Source: Tricharina praecox (lineage: Eukaryota). Taken from it: DNA of 64,000 nt. The notes beneath the pieces were generated by a model. It had not been told where the DNA came from. It saw only the letters and a list, made by a program, of their open reading frames with translations, and made no database searches. Shown here piece by piece: positions 49,025 through 62,391 of this stretch. The stretch is from NCBI RefSeq assembly GCF_024521635.1, contig NW_026250445.1, positions 62,001 through 126,000 of the forward strand. The letters run 5' to 3'. Positions within the stretch are counted from its first letter, which is position 1, and each line of letters begins with the position of its first letter. The position numbers and the translations under genes are program-made.

Positions 49025-52000
49025 TTATTCTCCCCTGCCCTTGCCCTTAACGTCCTCGCCCCACTGGATACCTCCTCCACCACCGCCGGCAGGTTCTCTC
49101 CGTCTACCGGGCCCAGCTCCACCCTCGAGTCTGCCTCGTCCGCCTACCTCCTCGTCACTGTCGCTCGCCCCCTCCTCGGCGATTCCAAGCGCCGCCTCTC
49201 GTCGTCGTCGTTCCGCAGCGGTCTCCTCCTCCCTGCCGTCGCCGGTCGTCGCCGTCTCCTTGGGTCTAGGTGCGTTCCTGGGTGCACTCCTGGGCGGGGA
49301 AACCGGTCTTTCCGGAAGTGCCGAGTTGTCCTTCGCACCGGTCTGTACACGTAGACGATCCGCCAGGCCGCGAGCGTCCACATCCATGCTGACGCTCGGA
49401 CTTGCCAGTGCCGCACGGGCATGGGGATCCATCATCTGCAGCTTCTGGAGGAACTGCTGCTTGCTGAGTCGTCGGCCACGTTCGTCGTGCATGCGGAACT
49501 GTTGCAGGCGGCTGGTGCGGTCCTCGTCGTTGCCACCCATGGAGTAAACAGTCTTTGCGTCGTCATCGTCGTTGTCGGCTTCCTCGTCTGCGGCCTGCTT
49601 GGCGTTGCGGAAGAAGTTCATCTTCTGTGTCCAGCCGGCCCAGGTTCCTGTCGAGCGACTACTGGACTCGCCCCCGGCGCTGCCGGAAGATGCGCCGGGT
49701 CGCTTGTCCTTTGGTAGCTTATACCGGCGAATGACTTCTCCGTCCTCGTCCTCCACCACAATGTTGTCGTCGAAGCGGTATGCCCATGCGGGTCTGCGGC
49801 GCGAGTGGCGGCCTTCGGCACGTGCGGCATCAAGCGCGCTTTGCTCGTCAGTAACATAGGTAGGGGTGCTGCCGTGGTGCTCATGGGGGTGCGGGATATC
49901 GAAGGGGCCGATGTGCTTGTGGTCTTTAGCGTCGGGTGTCTTCATCTTGCGGATCACATCGCCCTCTGGGGTTTCCAAAATGATATTGGAGCCCTCTTGG
50001 TACTCCTCGACGCGCTTCTCATTGAAGTCTTCCCTGGACTGCTGTTGCTGAGTTAATCGTGGTCGCTGCAGAGGAGGCGTGGGTGAGGCGGAGTTCATGT
50101 TATCAATGGGCTCGGAATGCACGCGGCGTGGAGCGATGGCGGTGTCAGAGATTGGCCCACCAGGTCCGTGGCCGGCTTCCCAGTTCTTACGGCGACGGGT
50201 ACGGATACTAGCCGGCCGGCTGGGGAGAGGAGTGTCATCGTCGATGGTTGGGCGGGATATGAAGCCGCCGGGAATACCGCCGGCAGGTGGAAGCGTGCCG
50301 TGAGGGAACTTTTCGTCTGAGCTCTCGTCCATATCGGGTTTGCGGATCGACATGGATGCCTTGGGCGTGAGCCTCGGCAGTCGGGAAAGCCAGTTCGGTT
50401 CCTCGTTGGCGGTGGTGTACGACATGGTGATGCGCATAGTGTTGATATGCTTGCCCAGTGTAAACACAGCGATCGAACTGCCATGCACGAGAATCGACGT
50501 CAATATTAAGAACGTAGTGATCGGCCAGATCAACTCTATGACCATGTAATTCTTGCTGCCCGGGGGTGGTAACACAGCCAGTGGTGTGGTCTCTCCAGTC
50601 TCGAGCTCAGCACGTGCCAGGATAGCTACGAACACAGCACCGACACCGATGGGACCAAAGTGGCCGGCGAAGAGAGCTTCGCGCCACGTCTTGATGTCCG
50701 GTATGACTGGCTTCAGCGCAACCATGATGGGAATCCGACGGAAAAGAATGACAAATATTGCTATAACGATTAGTCTCCATGGCGTGATCTCCCAGTCGGG
50801 ACGGTTGTACGAGGCCCAGGGAATGATGGATCCAAAGTAGACAAAGAAAGCCAAATTGAGCAGCAGATCGATGACGTTGGATACGTGCGACTCTTCGGTC
50901 TGTTGCGAGAACCAACCGTCGTTCGAGAAGGCGACACCAGCGGCGAATCCTACCAGGAGATCGTCGAGACCGAGCATAGAGCCGGTTCCCGCGCACCAAA
51001 GGGCGAGCACAAAGTAAAACACGAGGAAGGACTCCCGATCGATCAGGTTCTTTCTCTCGGCGTACTTGATGGCGTGCCGTCCCACATATCCCACACAGAC
51101 TCCGTAGATGGCGCCAAAAACACACTCGTAGAGGACGGTGAGACAGAACCAGTGTTCGAAAACTTCGGCGGCGTTGGGTCGGTACTTTATCAAGTAAAGC
51201 GAAAGGTACACGAACGGGAAAGCCATGCCGTCATTGCATCCAGATTCGGCCGACAGTAGATCTCGAAGATGCTTGGGAATCCGCTTCGCAAATCTTCCCT
51301 TTCCGACGACCGAAGATGCAAGCACAGGATCCGTTGCCGTAACGCAGGCGGCGCAAGTGAGAGCCTCGAGCCAGCTCAACGACGGGATCATCCACCAGAT
51401 AAACAGCGACGTGATGAGCCAGCCGTAAGTCATGACGGGCACCAGCAAGAACAGCACCGATTTCCAATGTCTTGTCATGTATTTCTATCTTGCGTCAGCA
51501 TCCATCAAGCAAAATCTGCCCGAGCAAAACAAGAGTGTCTTACCTTCGGCAACTCAACACCGACAGCAAAGCACTGCACAACCAAGACAATTCTCGAGCA
51601 CTCCAGGGTGATCTGATCCACATTACCCCAATCATTCGGTACGAACAATTTCGCTCCAATAGGTCCGAATATGATTCCACATATCGTCGCAACAGCTACC
51701 ACCACCACCAAGTCAGCATTACGATCCACGTCCTCTCGTTCCGCAAGACTCCCTGGGAAAACCCACTGGCTTCACCAATGTACAATTTTTCCTTGATGAA
51801 AAGAGAACATAACATGAAAATCGAAGTGAACCCTCCAAGAATCGTATATGCCAGATGCGGCCTGTTGATCTGGTAGGCATCAGTAACCGGTAAGAATTCA
51901 AGTCCCATTTTGCGCAGCAAGATATGGAGAGAAGGAACAAAAAGAAGAAAAATGAGCGATTAGTAGCACGGAAGGAGCAGAAAGAATAAGCAAGTGAGAA

Positions 52001-52632
52001 AATCCACATCTATATGCCATATATATCATTTGGCCCATCCTCAGTGGACCAGACATTCGGGAAGGGTGGCTCGGCCTGAAAGGGGAGACATGACGAGTTC
52101 GTGCCCACAACCTCGGCGTGTCGTTTATACACCCCCAAACACCAGCCAGGCCCTGAGACCTCAGATAGAGAACCTCGAAAGTGCTGGATAGCAACCATCT
52201 TCCCAACCGACCACGCACACTCCCCCAGTTTATTTTTTTCCCCTCTCGTCCATCTTTTTTCTCTTCCCCACTTCGCCGAGAAAAACCAGCGCATTCCAAA
52301 AGTCATGGCAAGGCTTGTCTTGTCTTGACATTGTCGACCATCCGATAGGCGACGCATCGCCAAGTCCGCCGAGCCACGGAACCCAGCTAGGCCGGCTCGC
52401 TTTCTCGTTCTCGTCCTGTGAGCCGGCCCCGGCAGATCTCGAAATCGGCTCCGTCTACGCGATGCAAACTCGTCTCTCTCCACAGGAAAGAAAACAAAAA
52501 CAAGGGGAAAACAAGGAAAAAGCAAAAATGTAGCGAAGCAAGAAAAATTGTGGGAAAAAAAATCACCGACGCAAAAGAAACGGAAGCCGCTTGCCTCGTT
52601 CACAAACTCACATTCAACTGGTCCCACGCCAT
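49025..52632 (-). CDS. nha1: Plasma-membrane Na+(K+)/H+ antiporter Nha1/Sod2/Cnh1 family, ~911 aa; exons 52632-52612, 51869-51767, 51695-51544, 51484-49025
   Basis: Spliced N-terminus MAWDQLN-INRPHLAYTILGGFTSIFMLCSLFIKEKLYIGEA-TVATICGIIFGP; 'TATDPVLA', 'ESGCNDG', 'GLDDLL', 'ALFAGHFGPIGVGA'; long hydrophilic C-tail. Exon lengths sum to 2736 nt. Confidence 0.93.
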
Positions 52633-53300
52633 CGCGGCGGCGGCGGGCTATTCACTTGTATAGACACGTGCGGCCCTCGTCGTCTCGGCTTATTTCCGTG
52701 CCGTGTCAAACTCGACAACTGGGCGAAACAGCTACAGAACGGGGAGGCTTTGTCGGGGGAGGGTGTTCACTCCCGCTTCTGCTGCTCCTCCACTCGTATC
52801 GCGTGTCTCGTGGGAGAATGCGTGTGTGCGCCGTCTTCGGCTGCCCGTCGCAGTTTGTGCTGCTCGTGGGTAGCACCGGTAGGGTAGAACACGATCTCGG
52901 TGGTGGTGGCGGCGGGTGTAAAAGGTTTCAGAAAGAGTTCGACGAACGGAGGCGATATGTGCGTGCTCGGGGACTCTCAAGTCCGGGTATTGTCTTTCGA
53001 AGAAGAAGAAGAAGAAGACAGGTAGATAGATATAGTGGACCGGACCTTTTTCTTCGGCCTTTAAACCCTAAATCCTGCGATAGAGAAAAGGCAATTCCTG
53101 TCAGCAAACGACCCGACCCGACCGGACCAACACGAACACCAGCCCCCCTGGGGATTACCCACAACTTTTCTTTCGTTAATTCCGTGACAACGAGGAGGGT
53201 GGCGGTCGACGGGCAGAGGATGGGTATGTAGTGATGAGAATGGGATTCGATAGGGTGCTAATTAGCTCACTAACTCATCAGTAGTAGCAATAGTGGGTAG

Positions 53301-53356
53301 CGGCGGCGGCGGCGGTGGTGGTGGTGGTGGTGGTGGTGGTGGTGGTGGTGGTGGTT
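53301..53356. repeat. (GGC)n(GGT)n trinucleotide microsatellite upstream of nha1
   Basis: Directly visible. Confidence 0.9.
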
Positions 53357-55319
53357 GGCTGCGGTGATGACGGAGTTCTAACAATCGCGGGCGGCCCGCG
53401 AAACGAGTGCGTACTGTAGATTCCACGCGGAAGGGAAAGAGAGGATGAGTGAATAGAAGTTGAGCCTGGTCTATTACGACGGCGGCGAATCGAGGCAAAA
53501 CGAGCAAGAGGAGAGAAAATAACTTGCAAGTTTCCCAACCGGACTGGGTCTTGTCGCTCACCTTATTTCTTTTTTTTTTTTTGAGTTTCCATTCCTCCAT
53601 CCCTCCCTTCCTCCCTCCTTCTCTCCCACCACCGTCCAGTCACCGCCCGTGGTCGCTTGCTTGCCTGCCTGGTGCTCCACCAACATGCAAGTTATTAGTT
53701 AGCGAACCAACCGGCCGCAGCACCAGCCCTCGCCGAGCCATCGCCATCAGCTTCCAAGGCCCCGAAGTTGTGTCTTCAATATGGCGGATGTCTTGGTATT
53801 TCGCTAGAGGGGGAATTCCACGGGAACGAAAACGGGCAAACCCGAAAGTCTCAGCCGATACGCTATGTAGCGTGGACTGCATACAAACATACCGGAGTCT
53901 CAGCCGCCAAGAGCCGCCGGCCCCAATTAGCTGGGCGCTGGCCTTCCCCATTTCGACGATAATATCTCGGAACTGTTCTTCGGAGCCAGTGACGCTGCAT
54001 GACGCCGCACGAACGCCGGCAAAAGAACCCCACGCCGCAGCTCGAGCATCTCGAGGTCCCTCTGCACTTCTGTAGGCACCGTGGTAGGTAAGCCATCGGT
54101 CTGTCTGTTTGGATGGCCGAGATGGATGTGGATGCGTGAGCTTTACCTCACCTCACCTTACCTTTACCTTACCTGACCTTGCTTCACCTTACATACCTTT
54201 ACCTTACCTTGCCTTACCTTAGACCTCCCGAGAACGCGAACGAGCGAATGGATGGGCGTGCGGATGTACATACACATCTGGGGGATAGGCACATGCTCTA
54301 AGTGGGTAGAGCAGGGCAGGCCCTGGGGCTTACCTGTGGACCGGCCATTCGTAAGACGCAGGGCCGGGACTAGAGCATGTAGGTAGGCTACGGCACCAAT
54401 CCAGTGAAGTACCGTGGTTGAAGGCGACAGGACGATATCAGAGTAATCATCCTTCCGGACTCGCCGTGCCGTAGGTAGGAAAGCCCACGAGGTCGTAACA
54501 CAATGGGATGTAGAAGAAGGCCGAGAGAGTGTAAAAGGGCGGACTGACAGAGCAGAGCAGAAAGCCCTAGGTAACCTCTCCACCCCCCTTCCCCCACATT
54601 CGCCACTCCTCCGACTCCTCCGCCTTCCTCGCCCCATGACCATGGACCAATAACCCACAGTGCCTTGTTTCCATATTTCCGTCAGTCTGCCTTCCCAAAC
54701 ATCTTCTCGAGATTCAAGCAAGCATGGTTCGCGGTATGTAAAGTATGAAGTTGTCGACTACTCTGTGTACTCTGCATACAGGGAAGATGCGATCACCGTC
54801 ACCACCACCACCATCACCACCACCGTCATCATCATCACCACCCGCAGGCCGCAGCCCCACTCCCCACCCCTCCCCACTCACTCCCCGTGCGCTCCTCGGC
54901 GAATGCGCACCCACAAGGCCCGGAGAGTATTTACACAGCACTTTACTATTCATACCTGTGTATACTGATCACTGCATGCAAAAACATCTCCATACAGGTA
55001 CGCAGAGCAAGTAAGTAGGTGGGTAGAGCGCAGAATCCCCGCAGCAGTCATGGATACAGCACGGAACTGACTGAATATGTAGATAGATAAGCCTACCAGC
55101 ATCCCCCCATCCCTTCCCTGAGCCCTCCCTCTCAAGTCTCGAGTCTCCACTCTCCACTCTCCAGAGTCCACCGGCAATATATTTCTCTCGAATTCCACAG
55201 CACGCAATCGGCATCACAATCGGATTCGCAATCACAATCGCAGTCGCAATGCAAAAACAAACCCAAAAAAACCAAAACAAATCATCACGAACATATAACC
55301 TAATGGGCAACTGAAATAA

Positions 55320-55428
55320 GATGCTGTTAACGATGATGCTGTTGATGCTGTTGATGCTGTTGATGCTGTTGATGCTGTTGATGCTGTTGATGATGCTGCT
55401 GATGCTCATGATGCTCATGATGATGCAG
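55320..55428. repeat. (GATGCTGTT)n 9-bp minisatellite downstream of spg1
   Basis: Directly visible, degenerating to gatgctcat. Confidence 0.9.
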
Positions 55429-56037
55429 ATATCTATCCCTTCTTCACTCTTCTCGAGCGTATCTATGCTCTCTCTCTCTTCCACTCTCACGCTCATCCAT
55501 CCATCCATCACATCAAATCCCCTCATCACAATTTCCCCTCACCGCTTCCTTCGGCCCATCCATATCCCTCTCCCCCGCAGTGACAATGCATACAGTGACT
55601 CAAAAAAAAAGTGAAAAAGAAAAAGAAAGAAAAAAAAAGAATACGAAAAACGAGAGACCTTGAGAAGAAGAAGAAGCAGCAGGACCTGGTATAGGGAATA
55701 ATAAGGACACAACGCACGCATACTTAGCGACAAAGAACGGAACAGAAAGGAACCGACACCACTAAAAATCCGATAGTCGCCAAAAAAAAATACTCTGTTT
55801 TGCGAGGCAGAACTCTCAACTCAGGAACATCACACAAACGCCTTCCCACCCCGCCCACCATATCATATCCTATTCCCCATCCACCATCCCCACCAGCAGC
55901 AGTAGCAGCAGCAGCACACTCCTGCATAAAAAAACAAGAAGAGGAAAGGCTTCAAGCCTCTGTCCGGGTAGTATGTGGTCACGGGACCTGATGAGCTGTG
56001 CAGCATCCTGTGTACGTCATTGTACCCGTCCGCAGAA

Positions 56038-57352
56038 CTATACGTCCTGATACAGCAGCAGCGGCTCGCCCACGTTCTCGATCTCTGGTATGGTGCACTT
56101 GAGGTCGAAGGCTTTGGACAGGACAATCTTGAAGATCTGAGAAACGAACCATCGTCAGCTCCTCTGTCTGTACATCCACCGTACCAAAGTTTCAAGTTTG
56201 TGATATACCTTCTGGACGTTGATGCTGTGACTCGTGCTGCTGAAGATCAAGCTCGCCTTCATAGCTCTCGCAAACTTCCGTGCCTGCTTCGAGATCTCTT
56301 CCTGGTCTTCTCGCGGGAAGTTCACAAAGTGATCGTATTTCGTGCCCACCAGGAACGGTATAGCAGTCTGTTCCACACAACACGTCATATTAGCCGCAAT
56401 CACATCACCCCCTTCAGCCCGCCGGCGTGCGTGGTGCTGTTCCCGTAGTAGAAGACGCACCTTATTAAACCCTCTCGCCTGCCGGTACCACTCCTTGATG
56501 GAATTGAGCGTGCTCTTGCGAGTGAGGTCGAACATGAACAGAATCGCGACGGCGTCGTTGCACACGAGCGGCAGCATGTTGACGAACTCGCGCTGGCCGC
56601 CGAGATCCCAGATTGAGAACGTGATCTCCGTGTTCCTGATCGAAATTGTCTTTTCCATGAAATTGACCCCTATCCCCGAAATATACGCATCAGCAGACAT
56701 TCTCCACACCCCCGAGAAGAAAAGCCGCGCGGCCCCCCTCCGGGACGGGAGGCGACGGCGGTGTAGACAGTTGCGCCCCACGGATATGGAGATGGCTCGT
56801 ACCTAGCGTCTGAATGTAGTCCTCGTCGAAGCTGCCTTCTACGTATTTGACCATCAAACTTGTCTTTCCGATCTGTGCGTCGCCCACCATGCCCACCTTG
56901 ATCACCACGCTGTTCTGTTTCTGTTCCGCCGCGTAAGCCGACGACGACCCACCACCGCCGCCATTGTAGTAGCCTTCACGATCCCCCCCTCTTGGCGAGT
57001 TCGAGAACCCTTGCTGCGGCTGCTGTGGCATCGGAGGCGGCGGAGAACCCCCGTAGTACGAGGCGTCCGAGGACCCGCCGAATCCCGACGGCATCGACGT
57101 GGCAGAGCTGCTGTGGTAGTGCCTCGACGGCGACGAGTAGCGGTCTGGAGTCGGCGGCGAGTGCGGCAGCGACGACGGTAATGTGGGCGCGAGCGGGAGC
57201 TCGGTGGTGCTGGGTGGGCGCTGCAGGTCGTGCACGTATTGCTGCTGCAGTTGCAGCTGCAGCAGGTGCGGCTCGTCGTGGAGACTGTCGGAGGATAGGG
57301 GCTCCATCGTGATGTCCGATGAGGGCGGTCGTTGGGGGGGGGTCGTGGCCAT
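56038..57352 (-). CDS. spg1: Septation initiation network / mitotic exit small GTPase Spg1/Tem1 (338 aa); exons 57352-56803, 56669-56461, 56367-56209, 56136-56038
   Basis: '[72 protein letters not shown]..-TAIPFLVGTKYD..-IFKIVLSKAFDLKCTIPEI'; three GT-AG introns, frame-consistent. Confidence 0.95.
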
Positions 57353-59531
57353 TGTCGCGGTATCTTATCGTTTGGTTTGGGAGTTCGGTGCGGGACGGGG
57401 CTTGGGTTGGGGGTTTCGGGGTTCAGATTCTGGGATGGAGATTAAGTTGTTGAGCCGCACGATGGTAGTAGGCTCGCCTCGACGGGAGCGAGCGAGCAAG
57501 CAGAAGCACAGCAACAAAAGCAAGCCTAGAATGTCGGGACTCGGGCCAACTGCAGGACGCGGGATAACGTATGTGCGGGGAACGGCGGGTGTCGGTCGGG
57601 GCGGCGGGGGGGATAAGTTTGTTCGTCACAAGTCTCCGTAGGGGGGGGGTTAACGTTGTTAGTTGGGGTTGGGGTGGAGAGTGGTTGGAAGATGCGATGG
57701 GGCTTCTGGGAATATTTCTTTCGCGTCTCAGCAACAATCCCTATGAAAGTCGACTACGAATCGACCGCCCAGACATCAAGCAAGATGAGCTCAGCTGCTG
57801 AGTTGAGTTTGGGTGATTGCCAAAGACGTCGATGGCTGGATGGACGGATGCGATCGTCGTTGGGCGGTAGGAGGGAGAGGGGGAGCGAAAGAAAAGGGAT
57901 GAGGTGAAGGAGAGAAAGCCCTAACACGAATCGATCAATCAACCGATCAATCAAGCGTTGTATAATATGTATGTCGTTTAATTTCCCGCGATGGTGATGT
58001 TGGTGGTGGGTGGTGGTAGTGGTGGTGATGATGTGTTGTTCAACTGTTCGTCGGTGGGGTCAGATCATCGCCCACCCTCCCCACCCAGCAGCTGCAGCCT
58101 TGCGGCAGTTTGTCCCACCCAGCTTCTGATCAAACTTATCGCTCTCCCGCCCGCCAGGAAATGCACATTCCCTTTGTGTGCCGCTCTGGCTACTTTCCGC
58201 ATGTAAAATTTGTCATTTCGCGGCGGGATCCTGAAACTCGGTTCGCCGTCACGTGACGGTCCGGTTCAGCCCACCAATGGCAATACTTCCTCAGCGGAGA
58301 AACAGCTGATTCGTTTCAGATGGGAACATTTCCCCAACGATGGAGGCGCCAAATAGGAAGGGCGAACCATTGCCGATGCCGATGGCTAAAGTCCCCGGTA
58401 CGGCCGAATCGGGGCGGGATGCGTTCATATCAACTCACTCGAGTGTTTGGGTCTGCGTCCGGTTCTTGAAGTTCTCATCAGTCGGTTTGGATCGACAGGA
58501 CTTCGATTTACCCAGTAAAAAGTCGTAGCCGATGTCTAAAGAGTTGGAGGAAAGACTCACGTCCGTTGAATCACGCGTTGTCGAGTTCTGGGAGCCGGCA
58601 GCCGGAAACGCTCATTACAAATCACAACTTCGTTAGTAATAAAGCCCGGTGTGATGTCTCCTACCAGGCCTATCGGAACAAAATATAGTATCCAATTCTT
58701 TCCTTGATGGCTCCTACTCGCACTTCATTAACAGCATAACAGCTACAGCCGTACTCAACGCCGGCCTTATCTACAGCCAGCCCATCCCAATCAAGATAAT
58801 CGTCGGCACCCAGCAATGAGGAGAAAAGATTACGCTTCACTTCGGAGCGATTCAAGAAATATGAGTACAGTACACTTGGGCTACACTGTTTGATGACATC
58901 GAAATCAATACCTGTGTTTGTACTTGATCTCGAATGCTATCCAGTGAACACCTTATCCCCAGCCCAACCGGATCGGACCGGATAAGCACTTCGGAATCCG
59001 TTGACATCGGCTACTGAATGCACGCATTGGCGCTTCGCTAGATTGCTATTACGGGGATTGGAGACTCGTGGGAAATTATGCTTATTTTCTGAGTCATCCT
59101 CAAGAATGTTGCTCGGTTTGCTCCTCTTCGTACGAACTCTATCCCTTCTTTGGTATATTTTTGTCTCCGTACCAGTTGATACGAATGGTAAGCTCCTCGA
59201 TGTCTCCTTCACCTCGATCACTTGTAATCAGCCGATAAACACTGTACGGCTCGGGATTATATCTCGGCTTCTCGATGTGAGCACTCCACGGACGAGATGC
59301 CGGATCAGCACACCCTTCGTTCCCCACACGCCGCATGTGTCCCAGATGACTCGCCGTTTCGATTTCCAGGCTTTGCTCGCTAGTTGTTCCATCGTTCCCC
59401 AGCACTGCACAGTTGGCCTCGGTGTCCGTACAAAAAAGTCCGTAACAGCATATCTACAAACAATTATTGAGGAGCATCGTCACATCAGACAGAAAAAGAA
59501 GAGCCTCGAGGACCAAGGAGCAAAAGAAACG

Positions 59532-59621
59532 GGCTCGAACCCGGATTTGAACCGGGGACCTCTCGCAATTGATGCCTAGGAGCGACCCTAAGCGAGAATC
59601 ATACCACTAGACCATCCGAGC
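59532..59621 (-). tRNA. tRNA-Pro(AGG) with 18-nt intron
   Basis: Identical exons; intron tcgctcctaggcatcaat; TATATATA about 30 nt upstream; TTTCTTTT downstream. Confidence 0.95.
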
Positions 59622-61586
59622 TGATCTGTGTCATGTGACTTTGTAATACTTATATATATAGAAATTTCTTAGAGCAACAGAAGAAAAGAGGGAAGTCATT
59701 ACTCGGCAACGGCGGGTGTCAAAGGGCTGTCAATGTTACTGTCAAAGTCGCCGGGTGGCGCCGCGCATGAGTCACGTGGAAAGACAGCGGAAACTTCGAG
59801 GCGAGAGGAGGTGCTTCGCTCTACTCAAGCGGTAATGGGTTCTAAGTAGGTATCCTGACTCGAAGTCACCATAGAGAAAGTGCACGCTGAATCCGCCGAA
59901 ACACCCGTTTCCCCGACAAGGACCGATCGGTAAGGCTGTCTTGAGTATTGATAAACATACCTAGGCGATAGGCCGAATACCGAGGTTCATCTTTTTGATC
60001 GGGTTTCTGCCTGCTATCAATCCTATGTACTGGATAGTCCGTCTCGAATCTCGATGCACCTGGAATCCCCCTCGTCGTCGATTAGCTGTGGACACCGCAG
60101 CACAAGGAGGTTCTTGGTGCTTTTGTCGCACTCACCGCCGTCCCAGCCATCGCAGCCATCTATATCGACAGCCACTGCTTCGTCCGACAGACCACCACAC
60201 AGTCAGGCCTTTGGTTCTCGTTCATCATGGCAACGTCTCTTTGAAGTGTAACGCTGAAATCCACGTGCCAGATGTACGCCGTTATCCATCACATATAGGT
60301 AGTAAGTCAGTTTTCCCAACCCGTGGCGGGCCTCACTGAAAACAATTGAAGACAGGAGCAAACTCCACAAGCAATCATTATGAGTTCAAACGCCAATATC
60401 ACTCGCATTATAACTCATGCCGGACCGACTGCAAGATGGCCAGACCGGCGGGTCCGCGCCCATCTGATCCTCAATCCGATTCCGGTAATCGCCGGCGAAC
60501 TCATCTATATCGGGATATCCCTCCAGATCTTGTGGATTTGAGTCCACAAATCATCAACGTACAGCATATATTGCCACATACCATGGGGCATTTTTACGTT
60601 GCGATCCAACCATCCGGCCTACGATGCCTTTCGTACAACCGAGGTTTTCAAGGCGTTGAAAACCCGGTCCGCCAACCAGGTTCGGCTAAAGAATTGGCGC
60701 ACTCGTCTACATAACCTGTTAAACCAAAGGCACTCCGATTGGCTCACGCGATTAGATCCAGGCAAGTGATTTCATGATACTTGCACAATCATTCACTGAG
60801 GGCAACAGATAAAAGCTGGTTTTCTGGTGTGAACGGAGCCGGACTGTGAATACTGGTCAAAGCGCTCGTAACCGATGGCCATGACCCGGCAGACTTTGGT
60901 CGGCGAGTGCTATGTACAGGCTCGGCAGGAACGGCTCAGTGAAAATCCAAGAAGAGGGGTGACTAGAAGTTTAAATGTTGTACCTACCTCGGGATTTACA
61001 GCATGCGCGAGAATCACGCACAGTCGCCGACAGCACCGACGCCGCCGACACCACTTGTAGAGCCGGGGAAAACGTCATCTTATTAACGGTCGAGAGAGAG
61101 AGAGAGAACATCAATTATATTGCATACAGCCTTGCTACGGTAGCTAGCATATATACATTTTCTTGTCCGTGCAGAGCACTACCATACAGGTCGTTGCGGC
61201 GTTACTCTGTACTGAAAGCCCCCAACAAAAAAGAGGATGAGAATGCATAATAGTAATGGCCCATTTGCCGACACTCATCCCGAACAGACTCGCGTAGCCC
61301 ACATACTCTGGACAGTACTATTACCTTTCCGCCGGGCACGCCAGTTCGGCTCCAGATAGTAGAGGCGTCACTCCCCCCAGGCTTCTCTGTCGCTCTCTTT
61401 TACGGAGACCTTCCTGCGCACGTCTGTTGTCTTCAAAAACCCCAGCATTACTTTGCCGTAGCACTGACCTATGAACAGGTTTAGTTACCATACGCCACTT
61501 CCACTTCCTCCGCTCCCGTCCAGTCTCCTTTGCCATTGCGAGTTTTGTGCTATGATAACGGCTGTGATCGTCACATGATATCAATC

Positions 61587-61676
61587 GCTCGGATGGTCTA
61601 GTGGTATGATTCTCGCTTAGGGTCGTTCCTGAGCATCAATTGCGAGAGGTCCCCGGTTCAAATCCGGGTTCGAGCC
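61587..61676 (+). tRNA. tRNA-Pro(AGG) with 18-nt intron
   Basis: Identical exons; intron tcgttcctgagcatcaat; TTCTTTT downstream. Confidence 0.95.
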
Positions 61677-62319
61677 TGATTCTTTTACTCTGGCCTCCTC
61701 ATGAGGGGCCTCTGTTTTGTACGACCTGTTCGTGGTGAGGTTGCTTCGGACAACCGGTGGTTGGTTGGTTGGTCCAGTGGGGGCTCCGATGGCTCCGGCG
61801 CTGGCTTGTTCGCACCGCCGTAGTGTCTGTGGCCGGCTACGAACTATATTGCAGCCGGGGGCGGGGTACCCGGTGAGTTGACTCATAAACGGCAGGGAGA
61901 GGAAGTGAATAAAATTTGGTACATAACGCTGTATTTTTGTTTTGTTTAATCAGTAATTGTACATAACGCTGTAAACGTGCCGGGTTTGGTTGGCCGGCCG
62001 GTAGTCCAACGCTCAGAGTCAGAGTGGAGTTGGTGCTGGCCACTGACCAGCCAAAATAATCAACGACTCGGTGATACTGGACTTTGCACGGCTGGTTCAT
62101 TTTTGTTGAGCTGTCCCGGAAATGGAAGATGAGGGCTTTTCAGCCTGTCATAACGAGGTCCGGGTGCGGTTTGTCAGGCCTTTGTATGGCGACTTACCGG
62201 ACCGTAGATGGGACACAGCAGCTACCCCCGGACCCGTACAATCGTCAACTCGTTGTGCCGTATGCAGTCAGCATAACCATTGGGTCAGATTTGTACTCAT
62301 TCCATAGTAGACATCAAAA

Positions 62320-62391
62320 GCCCGAATGGTCTAGTGGTATGATTCCTGCTTTGGGTGCAGGAGGTCTCCGGTTCAAACCCGGATTCGGGCC
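62320..62391 (+). tRNA. tRNA-Pro(TGG), intronless
   Basis: GCCCGAA TG GTC..GAT T CCTGC TT TGG GT GCAGG AGGTC TCCGG TTCAAAC CCGGA TTCGGGC C; all stems pair; oligo-T downstream. Confidence 0.95.

Noticed and set aside
60515..60600. Minus-strand 'KMPHGMWQYMLYVDDLW' resembling a reverse-transcriptase YVDD motif
   Set aside because: The spacing between the MPxG-like and YVDD motifs is far too short, the frame closes after a few codons, and no other RT motifs or LTRs are seen.
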